Under the pieces are notes generated by a model that was given only the letters and a program-made list of their open reading frames with translations, made no database searches and was not told the origin of the DNA. Positions 1 through 63,429 of a stretch of DNA of 64,000 nt are shown in pieces (positions within the stretch are counted from its first letter, which is position 1; every line of letters begins with the position of its first letter). The stretch comes from Podarcis liolepis (Eukaryota). Both the position numbers and the translations under genes were made by a program. The stretch lies in assembly GCA_965112155.1 (NCBI GenBank), contig OZ218106.1; one strand, written 5' to 3'.

Positions 1-1193
1 GGGCACATGACAGAAAACCCTTTTCCAAGACTAATATTTTGTATAGTTCTCTTGCAAATCCCCTGTATTTCCTTTGTCTGGAAATTCAAATGGAAAAATG
101 CAGCTGATGTTAAATAATAAAAAGTGCAATATGGAAAGATTGACCCTTGTTATCATGAACACCCACTCCCCACAAATTGTACTTTAATTATACTATTGTT
201 TTAAAAAAACAAAAACAAAACATGAACACGTTTTTCCCATAGGAAAAATAGTGTCATTTTCCTAACTGATCAATGAAGATTGTTTTCAGGATTTATCTTC
301 TGAGTTGAAACAAAGGCATGCTTTTTTTAAGAAAAAAAGGAGATTCAAAAATTATGTTGACACCTTTAAAAAAAGGTTCATAAATAGTTTTCTCACAGGA
401 TGGTGTGAAGGGCAGCAAGGACTTGTAGAATCATTGATATTTCAGAAAGATAAAAATCCTTCAGACAGCATACTCGCATATATCTAAATTGTGGCTATCA
501 TTCATGGGAGTCCTTGTGACTTACTCTAAGCAGCTGAGCTAAAGGTAAAAAGAGCATTGCTGCCCCAATACAATTGATTTTCCAGTTTGAGATTTGTATT
601 CCTGATATATAATATGAAGGGAGGGAAAACACATTTCCTAAGTTCATTTGCAATGAAATTTCTAACTTCTGATACTCTCAGTGTTCTCTCCCACTATTTA
701 GAAAGGTGTTCTAAAATTATTTTTTCACATAAGAACGACAATTTTGAGAATGATAAGCTAAGTATTCATTGGTATACATTTATGAATCTCACCATATCGT
801 ATATTTCAGGTTTCTGTGCTGGCTGTTACAATTTAAGAAATAATTTCATGCTAATAGTGGTGTGAATAAGCTTCAAATACTATAGAAATGTGTTTTCCAG
901 TGACCTGTCAGCCTAGAATCTTGACATTAATTTACTTGTAGGAACTCTACCATCTGAATGAGAGAAATCAATAGAATACTTTGACTTAATGTCACAACTC
1001 AATCACAAATGATCTGTTCTGACACCCACAGCAAAGAGGTGGCTTGTCTCCCTTCTGGCAATGCTTGTGGCTTTGCTTCAATCTTCTTTGAAGAAAGAAG
1101 GATAGTTGTTCACAGTAATGAATACAAGAAGAGCTGAATTAAACTTCAGTACTTAATGATGCAGCAAAAAGCTCTCATTGCAATTGCCTATAT

Positions 1194-1541
1194 AAAGGTA
1201 AAGGGACCCCTGACCATTAGGTCCAGTCGTGACCGACTCTGGGGTTGCGGCGCTCATCTCGCTTTATTGGCCGAGGGAGCCGGCGTACAGCTTCCGGGTC
1301 ATGTGGCCAGCATGACTAAGCCGCTTCTGGAGAACAAGAGCAGCACACGGAAATGCCGTTTACCTTCCCGCCAGAGTACCTATTTATCTACTTTCACTTT
1401 GACGTGCTTTCGAACAGCTAGGTTGGCAGGAGCAGGGACTGAGAAACGGGAGCTCACCCCGTTGTGGGGATTCAAACCGCCGACCTTCTGATCGGCAAGT
1501 CCTAGGCTCTGTGGTTTAACCCACAGTGCTACCAGCGTCCC
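1194..1541 (-). mobile_element. Sauria SINE, full length
   Basis: tRNA-like head on minus (GGGACGC..GGTAGCACTGTGGGTTAAACC) and (ACCTTT)n tail; flanking AATTGCCTATAT at 1182-1193 and 1547-1558. Confidence 0.9.
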
Positions 1542-1711
1542 TCTGAAATTGCCTATATGTGGACAAGTAAAGCGATTTTGTTTCCTGCACTAGTCAATAA
1601 AAAATTCCCCACTAGGCTATCGTTTCCCATAAAGCAAAGGTATATTTACCATTTGCAGTTTGGAAAAATCTGTAAAATAGAGGCAGCCTTTCGGATACAG
1701 ATATATAGAAC

Positions 1712-1925
1712 CAGAGGCATAGCTGGGGGGGGGGCAAGGCACAATGGGCGCTACACCATGGGGGTTGCACTTACCACGGGGCCTGCAGTGTGCCCGAGCC
1801 ACACGTCTCTGCACTGCCCGAAACAGCTGATGGAGAGGCAGTGGGCAGACTGCATTGCAAGCTCTGCGCTGCCCGAAAAGGCATCGTGCGGCTTACATCT
1901 GCCCTAGTGGCTAGCTACACTGCTG
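1712..1925. mobile_element. hAT-type MITE
   Basis: Imperfect TIRs CAGAGGCATAGCT / AGCTACACTGCTG with a perfect 8-bp TSD TATAGAAC (1704-1711, 1926-1933). Confidence 0.8.
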
Positions 1926-3936
1926 TATAGAACAGATTACATTTTGTATAATTTGGCAGATTTTGGGTGACAAATGACTAGGACAGATTAGGAGACATTT
2001 GTGTGTATGCTTGTGTGAGAATATGCAAATAATATTGTGTGACCTAAGTGCTGCAGAATTTCGAAACTCCAGAGTATGGGTCCTACATGAGCTCCTCAGT
2101 GCTGGAAATCTGTTGTAGTTCTTTTTCAGTATCTGGCCTAGCTAAGGTGCTTTCCGTCAATGCAATGTCCTGAAACGGCACCGCATGTGTAGGCTGGGAA
2201 ATAAGAGATAGCACAGTTGTTCTTTTGCGGTGAACTCACACTGGTTTAGGAAGAAAGCCGAAAAGTAAAGGCTGCAGAGCGTTTTATGTGTACTTGCTCT
2301 ACCGTGCGGCAGATTATTCACAGAGCAGATGTATAAATGGAGTTTAAAAAGCATCCTGATACAGGAACGGATTAGGTTCCCTGTCGAATTCCACTCCCCA
2401 CATCACCTCTTCAGCGGGTGAGATTATATACTAAGAGGATAACAATTTGGCTGAAGTTACCAGTCCCTTAGCCAATTTTTACACACTCTTTAGTCTATTG
2501 TAAACATAAGCACCACTGTAAGCATGCATACAGCCTCCTCTAAGGACTTCTTGTATTAAGTAGTCACTGACAGACTAATAATAACCATCACTGTGAAACA
2601 CAATTGCCCTACAGGAAGTTGCAAGAGCTGAGCTATGGAACTCATTGCAAAGAAAAACGCTGTGGGAAAGAAACTTAACAATTTCCAAAGGTGAATTTGA
2701 TATTGGTAGAAAATGGTGTCGGTGCTTGCTAGCTGATTATGCCAAACTTTGCCTGCATCTGCCAACATTTTGTGACTGGCTCAGCCCTTGCACCACAGTC
2801 TCAGCTTTCTCAAGTGGGTCCCAAAGGCAGAAATGCAATGCAGCTAGAGAAACTTGCTGTTAAATTTGTCTCTCTTTACTCTGCATATTTAGTAACTTTT
2901 CATCATTTTAAGAGGAAGTTCTATTCATCTCAGTCAAGTTTGAATGATGCTGTACTATAACGAAGCTTTTAAGATATCTAGACTACATATCATGCTTGTA
3001 CAGTAGATCCACTTCACACATATTCTATGATCTATGCTTAAGTTATTTTAAACTACTACATCAACTTCCACTTTATTTCTAATCCTCTGAATTTGGACAG
3101 GGAGTGGGTGCGGACGGGAGGCTATGTTAAAATACCTTTTAGATATTCCTACTGGCCAATGTAGCCAGTAGCCAACGTTTGTTACCTACAAGGTAGCTTT
3201 ATATGCACTAGAAGCAAGAAAACAATTGCTCTTTTTTTAACCCCAATGTTGTTGAATGTTAAGGGAATTTCAAAATCTAAATCAGGTTGAGAACAGGATC
3301 TGTTTAGAAGGCTGAGCTCCGCCATCCTCCACAGGGCTGCCCACTCATCAGTTGCTTGAACTTACCATGGACTTTGTAACTGAGTCAGCCAGTCACAAGC
3401 TTTTGCCCAGTTGAAAGGCACAATATATAAACTTACTGTCCTGGACTGGCAATGATCAACTTTATTTCAAAATGCTTAGTACCTGGAGAACCTGGCGGTT
3501 CTGTTGCGCTGTGTAACTGGTTGCTTGATTTGTAAATACAACTGTTGGTTTATGAACTAATTAAATTATGATGAATTGTGTCATTATTATGGATTATTTC
3601 CTACTGTATTTCACTGCTGATAGTTAATTTTCTGCAATTTTCAAAATGACATTTTCTATATGCCTTAAGTGAAGCATTGTAACACTAATAAAATTATTGA
3701 TTCATTTACTATTGATTCATTTAAGCTACAATACTGAGCCTGGTTTTGATCACTGGTCATGCTTTACTCTGTCTCACTGGGTTGCTGCTGAGCAAATTCA
3801 AATCCTGACTGAAGGACCCAATTAATGTTTCTGCACTGGTCTGGAATGGCTGGACATACAGTGCTCTTGGCTGAATCTCAAAATTAACTGTCAGTAGGGT
3901 CTTTGTCTTCCTTGCACTGGTCTCCTTCCTATACTA

Positions 3937-54196
<50,260 letters not shown>

Positions 54197-54432
54197 GGTG
54201 CCAGTCGCGCTCGCTTTGGTCCATCGCCCCTCGGCTCTCGCGCCCTGGCTGAGGGGAAAGAGAGGGCGGGGCCGCGCGGCGTCCCACTAATCCTCCCCCA
54301 CCCCCCGGCGGGGGAGCGCGCGACTCCTTTCCCCCGCCCCGCACGCTCCCCGGCGCCCCGGCCCGGCTCGCGCCCACGGAGCTGCCTCGGAGCAAGCTGC
54401 CGTCGTCCACCCAAGGACATCGACGACGACGT

Positions 54433-54435
<3 letters not shown>

Positions 54436-54485
<50 letters not shown>
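54436..54485 (+). repeat. (TAA)n microsatellite
   Basis: About 16 perfect units at the upstream edge of the CpG island. Confidence 0.95.
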
Positions 54486-54899
54486 TTTAGTTGCTTTTTA
54501 AGGTATTCGATTTAGACATAGTCGGAGTAAACCCACGGAAAGCAGTGAGACTTAAGTTAGTCGTGACTAACTTGATTTCAGGGGTTCTCCTCTGTGCATG
54601 ACTAAATCTGGATCCAACCCATCATCATCATTATCATCTGTATCTTCCCATTTGGCATCCAAACGTAGTCATAGAGGGAACCCACGGGAATCAATAGGGC
54701 TTGCTGGTCAGGATTCAATTATCCCAGTTGGCTTCAAGGGGGTCTCCTTCAAGTCTGGATCCAACCATCGTCTCGCCGTCGTTGTTCATATTTTGAATCC
54801 AGACTTCCGTCATACTCGGGGTAAATCCGCGGAAATCAATGGGGCTTAAGCAAGTCATAACAAACCCATTGATTTCCAGGGGGGTCTCCTCTGAGAATG

Positions 54900-56260
54900 A
54901 CGAAGGCTCGATCCAAGCCATTCGCATCGCCATCTGTGTAACGTGCGAGCTGCGGCTCAGCCCTGGCTCGTCACAGCGCGACTCCCGGCGTGTTTACTCA
55001 AACGTCAGCGCCACTGAGTCCAAGGGAATGCGCTCCCTGGTAAAGTGCGCTTAGGAGTTGCAACTCTTTCCCCCCACGGGAATGTTCTTTGCCGCCCACG
55101 ACGACGCCCCTTCCCATTCCCAGTTTGGAAGACTCACATATACCTTTCACAGCTATACCAGCATCTGCAGAAATGCCACTGGTCAAGCGTTTCCCCCTCC
55201 TACGTTGGCAGGAAAGCTGCACCATTTGCATTTCTGCCTGTCCGGGAACTATTCAGGATCCTTTCTGGAGACTGGGCGAGTTGACAAGCCCATCTTCGGA
55301 GATGGATCGTCTTCCCAAAAAAGTCAGGCACATATGGAGAAGGGGGCTATGATGATTACTGAAGGAGGGCAAGCGCTTTGCACGTGCACAAGAGACGGAG
55401 TACGGGACTGTATTCGGAGAGCCCTGATGTTGCCGGGCGAGGGAAACTAAGCCCTCGAGGCTCTTCTGGTTCCAGATGAACCCTGAAAAATCACTCGGGC
55501 GTAGAGACCCGGAAGCGCAGAGAGGTGGGAAGGGCAAACTCGGGCTGCGGGCAGAGCTGGAGAACAGCGGAGAAGCTCACAGTCTCCATCTGGGACAAGG
55601 CACCCAAAGTCGGGTTGGTGGAGGGGAGATCTCGGCTACCCGGAGAGATTTCCGCGAGCCTGCCAAGGAATCGGGGCGCACCATGGCCCGCTGCGATCCG
55701 ACGCAAAAGCATCGATACCAACCAGAAAGAAGAGCGAGGCGAGAGGCATCTGTTGGCAGTCGCGTCATCCTTATGCGGGGAAAAGTTGGGCAGGATAAGG
55801 CAAACGGGAGCCCCCCCCCCTGGACCAGAATTGAGAGAAACCGGGGGAAATTATTAGGGGAGGCGGCAGGTAGGGCCGCCGGTTTCCTTTCTGCAGCAGC
55901 TTTTCTTTCTATCCTTTTGCGCAAAACCAACCGGCCTCTGCGCCCAAGTCCGCTAAACCGGCGCACGTGACGCGCGCTCCGTTACCTCCTGTCCTGCTTT
56001 GGAATGCGGGAATCCTGGCGCGCGCCTGCGCGTCGTGAACAAAACACCCCGGGAGCCAAGTCGGTTTAGGCAGGGGAGGGGGAGTGTCTGCTCTGCCTTT
56101 CCCTTTCTGTGCCTCGTGCCAATTCCCAGAGATGTGCCAGTTTCCCAGTGACGCTCTCTTGAGCTTGTTGAAGAACGGCCTGGCCACGCTAGGAGGGTGT
56201 CCTGACCAAGTCTATGGGACCACGCCACTGAAAACTGCTGACCACTCTTAGGACCACAAG
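54900..56260. promoter_or_regulatory. Second CpG-rich block upstream of PRSS12 (distal promoter/enhancer candidate)
   Basis: CpG retained; CACGTGAC at 55964-55971; GCGCCTGCGC (NRF1-like) at 56022-56031; CGTCA half-CRE near 55763. Confidence 0.55.
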
Positions 56261-56318
56261 GGAATCGGAGGGGCTGTCTAGTAAGAGAGGGCCAGCCTCC
56301 CTAGTTATTATTTAGACT

Positions 56319-56871
56319 TGTTGTTGTTGTTTAGTCGTTTAGTCGTGTCCGACTCTTCGTGACCCCATGGACCAGAGCATGCCAGGCACTCCTGTCTTCC
56401 ACTGCCTCTCGCAGTTTAGTCAAACTCATGCTGGTAGCTTCAAGAACACTATCCAACCATCTCATCCTCTATCGTCCCCTTCTCCTTGTGCCCTCAGTCT
56501 TTTCCAACATCAGGGTCTTTTCCAGGGAGTCTTCTCTTCTCATGAGGTGGCCAAAGTATTGGAGCCTCAGCTTCAGGATCTGTCCTTCCAGCGAGCACTG
56601 AGGGCTGATTTCCTTAAGAATAGATACGTTTGATCTTCTTGTAGTCCATGGGACTCTCCAGAGTCTCCTCCAACACCAGAATTCAAAAGCATCAATTCTT
56701 CGGCCATCAGCCTTCTTTATGGTCCACCTCTCACTTCCATACATCACTACTGGGAAAACCATGGCTTTAACTATATGGATCTTTGTTGGTAAGGTGATGT
56801 CTATGCTTTTTAAGATGCTGTCTAGGTTTGTCATTGCTTTTCTCCCAAGAAGCAGGCGTCTTTTAATTTTG
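56319..56871 (-). mobile_element. 5'-truncated BovB (RTE clade LINE) 3' fragment
   Basis: ORF 56469-56834 (MTNLDSILKS.DITLPTK..IVKAMVFPVVMYG.E.WTIKKA..RRIDAFE.WCWRRL...LQYFGHLMRREDSLEKTLML) is the typical BovB C-terminal region; (CAA)n tail; candidate TSD TAGACT. Confidence 0.92.
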
Positions 56872-59800
56872 TAGACTAACTTTCATTAAATTCACCAGAA
56901 AACCAACTGAAATAGTTAGAAATAAAAATTCCCAGAACATTTATTTTCTATCAAATGATTATAGATGGCCAGATTCACAGACTACAGCAGGTTCCAAAAT
57001 GCCTATCACATATGTACATATGCAAACATACATATACAGTACATGCACCTATAAGTTTGGTTCACCTCATATCTTGAGTACTGAAAGCTGAATGGTGGTT
57101 TATGCAGAGCCACAATTTTATGTATAATGTTCAGCAGCTCAAATAAGGGGTATGGTGAGGTGTCTGTCTTCTACTTGGGTTATAATTCCACCCCTGATCA
57201 TACCATTAGACACATCAGATGGGAAATCCATTGGTGTCAGCAGAAACTGTAATGTATTTAGGATCACAGCATAAAAAGTTTTAGTCCCCCAAGCCACTTG
57301 CTCCACAGTAAATAAACAAAGACCCATGGAGTTAATACGATTACACCATACAAAGCAGTTTCATGGTTTGTCTTTGTAATGTAATTCATTCCTATTCATA
57401 CCTATGTCATTCAGTTTCTCTCTCCCTTTTTTTCAGAGGCAATTCCAGATGCTTGCCTAGCTTTCAATTGCCCTGTTGTTTTTATGCCATTCTGTTTCAT
57501 CTGTGGGTGTGTTCCCCACATTCTAAGATTCTTACTTCAGATTCCACAATGCCTGACGATGCCTGGATCCAGGACAACTCTACCATGTGCTCATCTCCGT
57601 TTACTATCTTAGAGAAGCTTTAAATGTGCCATTTTTAACTGCTTTATAAAGTTAGGCATTCACATTAAGCTTTCACAGCTGGCTTCTGTTCCTTCATAGG
57701 AAGTGGCTTCAACCCAATTACTATCTATGACTAAATCCTATTGAAATCAATTGAATGTCAGTTGTTTCAGTGGGATTTGCAGCACAATCATTTATGTTAA
57801 ATGGCACATGCTCCAAAGTAGTGCATGCATAGGATTGCAGCCTTACAGCAGAAGCCTATACATGTTTACTTAAAAGTAAGTGCCACTTTGTTCAATGGGG
57901 CATACTCCCTGGTAATGGTATATTGAATTTAAACTAGAGTCATGACTTTTTCAAATTTTGAGTATGAATGTATCAATTGTTTTCCTTGCCTCTAGAGCTG
58001 ATTTGAATTTTTTAGTACCAACATGCCTTACAAATGAACTTTTAAAAGTATCCCACTGCAACTAACTAAATTGCTTCAGCCCCCCAAAATTATAGGGTGT
58101 ACAACAATATTCAGCTTTGTGCAAATTTGTTTCCCATAAACATATCCAGATTGGTGGAGAACCCAGATTCACAGGCCAGCAATTTTTAGTTTCATTTGAC
58201 CTGGCTATATGCCATCACTGTTTATAATGGAGATAAACTGCAAGCAGTTACTGCTTTCCTTCCAATGTTAATGGTGCAGCTAGGTAACCTTAGTTTCTCT
58301 GAACTCAGTGGTCCTACAGGTATTCTCCTTCTTAGATGGTCATGTATATTAATTCAAAATGTGCTGAGTTTTGTGGCTTTCTTGTTCATTTCTCTGAATG
58401 GACCCCTGGACCTCTGCCCTGATAGCACCATTGACCAAGGTTTCATCTGAAAAGAAAAAGCTAAAATATTCTGCAGAAGCACCGCTGTGGGGAAAAAACC
58501 TACAACTTGCAGGCCTCTAGCTTCTTGCTTGATGCATCTAGCTTGGAAATAAATAGAGTTGTGTGCGTGACTATGCAGAAAGTATCCCTGTGGTTCTTGT
58601 CCCATCATTTCCATCACAGGATCATATGAATTTAGCGTGTTCATTTTAGGAGGAGTTGTTTTTTAAATCCTTTGTATAAACAGGCTAAAATTAAACTTGG
58701 CTCTTCTCTTTTCTGGGAAATATTTGTATATTTATAATAAAGCTAATGTGTCATACACACATAAATACACATAAACATGTAGGCATACACCACACTCACA
58801 CAGAGGCAATGGATTTCTCCATCTCAGTGCTGAGCTGAGCAATTTCTTAGTGCTGCAATGGTCCCACTTTTCTAAGGTGGCCCTTGTAAAGTGGAGAAGA
58901 GGTGCCTGATTTTGTCACAGACTGGTGGGCCACCAGCAAACTAGATGCAGCCTGCATGGGCCATGGGTTCTTCAACCTTGATAAATATGTTAAAAAACAT
59001 GAGTGGGGCAGAAAGGATTGAACCATGCGGGATCAAAAGGGTTACATTCCACCTACCTCTCTTTCAACAGAGGTCATCCCTCAGAACAATCAAGGCTGCT
59101 TCAGATTAAAACGGATCTTGCATCTGAATTAGGAGTATCCAACAAGGTGTCTCCCAGATTCTGGACCAATGGCCATGCTGGTTGTGGCGTTGCAAGTTCA
59201 AGTCCAAAATATCTAGAGGGCACCATGTTAGCTTCCCCTGATCTAGATAATTAAGGACATCCAAGAGAAAATGGAGTTGGACAAAGCCAGTCATTTGCAT
59301 TTGGACAGGTTGCCCACACTAGTGAGCAAATCTCATGGAATACAGTGGGACTTACTTCCAAGTAAACATTCATAGAATTGCAGTCCAAGTGAATGATGGA
59401 AAGTAACATGATCATAACATTAGCAAGAGCAAGTATTAAAAGCTTTTCAGTAAATTATTTATTTGGGAAACTTTTAAAAAATATTTTATTAAACACAGAT
59501 TGGCATGATCCCCTCACAAAAGAACTTTATATTCGAGCTAAGCATGGTGGGGTCTCTCGGGGCACTGCAAATAGCAGTTTCCTCTAATGTAAAGTTCAAT
59601 TCTTTTATAATTGAAATGTTCTTTTACGTAGAATAAAGAAAACCACTGTTTGCTTCATTACATTACTGAGTCTAAGCTAAAAGGATATTTGAAGACTTTA
59701 CCATGCATTGAAATACATTGACAATTCTTTTATTAACGAGAAATTTAGAGTAAGTAATAGACACATTAGAAAATAATTGCTGAAAAGATCTGCTAATTAT

Positions 59801-60524
59801 ATATTCTGGGCAACATTCCAGAACGTCAAGAATGTAATTTGTCGCTCACCAAGAATATAATTTGGTGTTCAATAAGGATTGCAACAATGCGTGAAGACAA
59901 AAGATTTGCTTTTTAAGAACCAAGACAAAGAAACTCTACTAATAATAATAGATTTGAGTAGTATTCAAGGAGCTCTGCCTCCCACAGATACCAGTGAAAT
60001 CCACATATTCAGCAAATAGTGCAAGCCTATACTTCAGATCTTCTGACTGAGAAGCTATACTATTTTCACGTTGGGATTTTGCCTGGGCAATAATAATCTG
60101 TCTTGTCCTATTCTCTGGCTCTGACCTTCAGACGTGGTTCCCACTCCTGCCTGATGCCTGCCTGTGGTTCGGCTCTGACACAGATGCAATTATGTAAAAA
60201 GAAAGCACTTTGAACATGGCACGAAGGCAACAGATCATTCCCAGATTATCTGTTTACTGAGTGCTCATTCTGATTTGCCTGCAGGGAAGGATGTCATTGC
60301 CTCATGCAATTGTTATTCCACACTTTCCAGTGCATTTCCCTGTCACTTTCCTAACTTCAGATAGTCCTATGTTTTTGAAGAAACAGGTCTATTGCTCCAG
60401 AGTGCCAAATCCACTTTTACTGAGCAATGTATATTTGCCAGTGTGCAACTGAATCCCACTCAGAAACAGTCTGGAAGCACCCTTGGATTCAAAGGGTTCA
60501 CACTGGCTCATTCGTTCAATCACA

Positions 60525-60675
60525 CCCGCACCATGCATTTAAAGCACAAGGCTTCCCACAAAGGATCCTGGGAACTGTAGCTTGTTAAGGGTGCTTGGAA
60601 ATATAACTCTGTGAGGAATAAACTACAGTTCCCAGGAGTCTTTGGGGGAAGCCTTATGCTTTAAGTGTACTTTAA
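60525..60675. repeat. Palindromic MITE-like repeat
   Basis: CCTGGGAACTGTAG (60567-60580) / CTACAGTTCCCAGG (60623-60636) with extended imperfect arms. Confidence 0.7.
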
Positions 60676-60810
60676 ATATATGGCATGGATGATCCCTACC
60701 AATGCCTCTTTTTGGTGGGGAAAAAAATGATGGGAACTGCTGCAGTCTGGAGATGGGGCTCACCTAGTCCTCTCCATTGTGGTGTCTTCCATGTAGAATG
60801 CTGAGATTCT

Positions 60811-61171
60811 AAAGGTAAAGGACCCCTGACAGTTAAGTCCAGTCACAAACAACTCTGGGGTAGCAGCGTTCATCTTGCTTTACTGGCCGAGGGAGCCGAG
60901 TTTGTCCGCAGACAGTTTTTCTGGGTCATGTGGCCAGCATGACTAAGCTGCTTCTGGTGAAACCAGAGCAGCGCATGGAAACACCGTTTACCTTCCTGAC
61001 GGAGAGGTACCTATTATCTACTTGCACTTTGACATGCTTTCGAACTGCTAGGTTGGCAGGAGCAGGGACCGAACAATGGGCTCTCACCCCGTTGCGGGGA
61101 TTCAAACTGCCGACCTTCCGACCGGCAAGCCCTAGGTTCAGTGGTTTAGACCACAGTGCCACCCGCGTCCC
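60811..61171 (-). mobile_element. Sauria SINE (different subfamily)
   Basis: Same architecture with variant internal segments; flanking ATGCTGAGATT at 60798-60808 and 61173-61183. Confidence 0.9.
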
Positions 61172-61299
61172 TATGCTGAGATTAGGCAAGCACAAACTCA
61201 GGGGTGTTTATGCTACCAAATGAAGACATACTTGTTCCCCCAGGCTTGCCCTGACCTTTATTATTATTATTACCGGTCACTGTGATAGTTTTAGTGAAT

Positions 61300-61329
61300 T
61301 TGTTGTTGTTGTTGTTGTTGTTGTTGTTA
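61300..61329 (+). repeat. (GTT)n microsatellite
   Basis: About 9-10 units. Confidence 0.9.
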
Positions 61330-62844
61330 GATTCATTATGTTTTATTACTGTATGAAGCATTTTTTAGTGTTTCTCTAAATGCAAAGCAGTGTAGAAATA
61401 CTTAAATGAATGAATAACTGGAACCTTTTTCACCCCTGGTATTTTTTTTTTTTTAATGAAATACCAACTCCTTGTTAGCAATAGTGATACTAAGGCATTT
61501 CTGTTATTTCCTGCAGGAATTTTTAAGGCATCTTTAAGGAAACCTGATAGCAATTCAGATACAAAATGTAAAAGGGGGATTAAATATCTCCCAGGGCACT
61601 GCAACGGCCCGGAGGAATATAAGAATTAATTTAGCAGTAATCTGTGCCTGGATATGAAACGGCTTCTCGGATATTCTATTAATCATGGTTTTGTCAAGTT
61701 ACTATATTACTGAGGTCAAGAAAGACTATACATTGGTTCCAAAATATGTATTTGAGTATTCAGGCGCAACTATTTGAAACATAGTCTCTTTCCTGTGAGC
61801 TGTAACATAAGTAAGTCAATACAAATCAGTAGTGGGCAAACAAGATTGTATATATTAATAAGTAATAACAAAGAGCAATGTGGAAAATATTTCTACCCAA
61901 GCTCAGACAAGAGACATAAACGTGTGTCCAAAATGAACTGTGAAAAGAACGAATTTTGTTAAAGACTGTATCTGATTCACTGTGGCTAATACATTCTGCT
62001 GAATTAAATGCCTTGTTATTGCCTGATATGTAGGAACGCACTTCAAGTCCTTCGGAGCCAGAAGAGGGCTTTGAAAGTGCAAACGGAGCTGGGAACCTCT
62101 GCATTGTTTCATCAGCACCTGTGTTGGATATATGTGGAACCTCCATCACATGTGATGTCCATACCTGAGGAGGTGGTAAGGGCAGGGCCTGAACTCAAAA
62201 CATCTGAGTACAGGGCAATCCTTTCATGCAGGCTGCTTCTACTTCAAATGAGTAGTGGGCCTGAACTCAAGGGAAAACATAAAGGGGTCATCCCATGTTA
62301 AATGTGAGGGATTTTAAAAATTATTTTTAAAAACAGTTATTATGCCTGAAGCTGGCAAGGCAATAATAAAATAAAATAAAACAGCCTCTCACTTTCCAAC
62401 CTGGCTTGTTCAAACTGTTAGGGCATCAGCTGCAGGCTGGTGGATCTGCTGTTCCATGTTTCTGCTGTTTAAGGATTGTTCATCAAGAAGAAGAAGAATC
62501 TCCTTACATAGACCATCCTTGAAGGTGTCCTGCAATTACAGATACATTAAAAATTGTGATGTGGTGGTGGGATCCATCTTGCTCTGACTGATTTGAGCTA
62601 TGTCAGCTAAATCAGATTAGTGTTTAACATTTTTCCAGATTAAATACTGAGTATCAAAACTACAGATCCTGCACAGACAAATAACTCAAAAGATTTTTAT
62701 GAAACATGGCAATTTGAACTTGCTGGCTGCAAATGGGAATGCAAAGGAAAATGAGGCTTAATGAAAAGCATATTTATAGATTTTTAAGGAAAGGGTTATG
62801 GCAGCTGCATTCTATAAGCGTTAGCAATGGCGTTGACAGATCCC

Positions 62845-62975
62845 ATTGTCTTAAAAGCACATTGAAAGGACATTGCGTTCCCCAAGGAATCCTGGGAACT
62901 GTAGCCCTGAGAGGTATAAACTACAGTTCCCAGGATTCTTTGCAGAAAACCACGTGCTTTGAATGTATGGAGTGG
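62845..62975. repeat. Palindromic MITE-like repeat, same family as 60525-60675
   Basis: GAATCCTGGGAACTGTAG (62887-62904) / CTACAGTTCCCAGGATTC (62921-62938). Confidence 0.7.
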
Positions 62976-63429
62976 ATATTTGCAGTTTTCTATTTGAGGA
63001 GAACCTTAAAACTATTTGAATCGCTTTCTCTTAGGGCCTATTGCCCCCTCCTCATATATCTTTTGTTTACAGTTTTCAAAGCTGTTACCAAAAATTGTAG
63101 CAATTAAAATTCATTTCAAACAGCAGACAAAATATATTAACAACTTTTAGTGTTTAGAAGTAACTATATAGGCTTGCCTTTTTATTTCTTGCAGGGCCAT
63201 CTGTGGCATTTTCTAAGAAACCATAGGAGAAGGGGTAGCAGATGCCTACAAGCTATGACTCCTTCTGGACTATCCTTCAACCAAGAGATCTTGGGTTGTG
63301 ATAACCAACTTGCCCTCCCACTTTGTGATGCTGTTGCTAAACACCAGGTCTGTGTACAGTAAAACCTCTCTCATCCATGATACTGCTTTTAAGGAACACC
63401 TCACAAATGAGGAAGACACCCTGGTGTTT

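Noticed and set aside
1156-1491. ORFs overlapping Sauria SINEs (also 60926-61223)
   Set aside because: Derived from non-coding SINE sequence.
55058-56228. Several overlapping 80-164 aa ORFs in the upstream CpG block, considered as a divergent gene
   Set aside because: No recognisable protein; multiple open frames on both strands are expected in GC-rich DNA.
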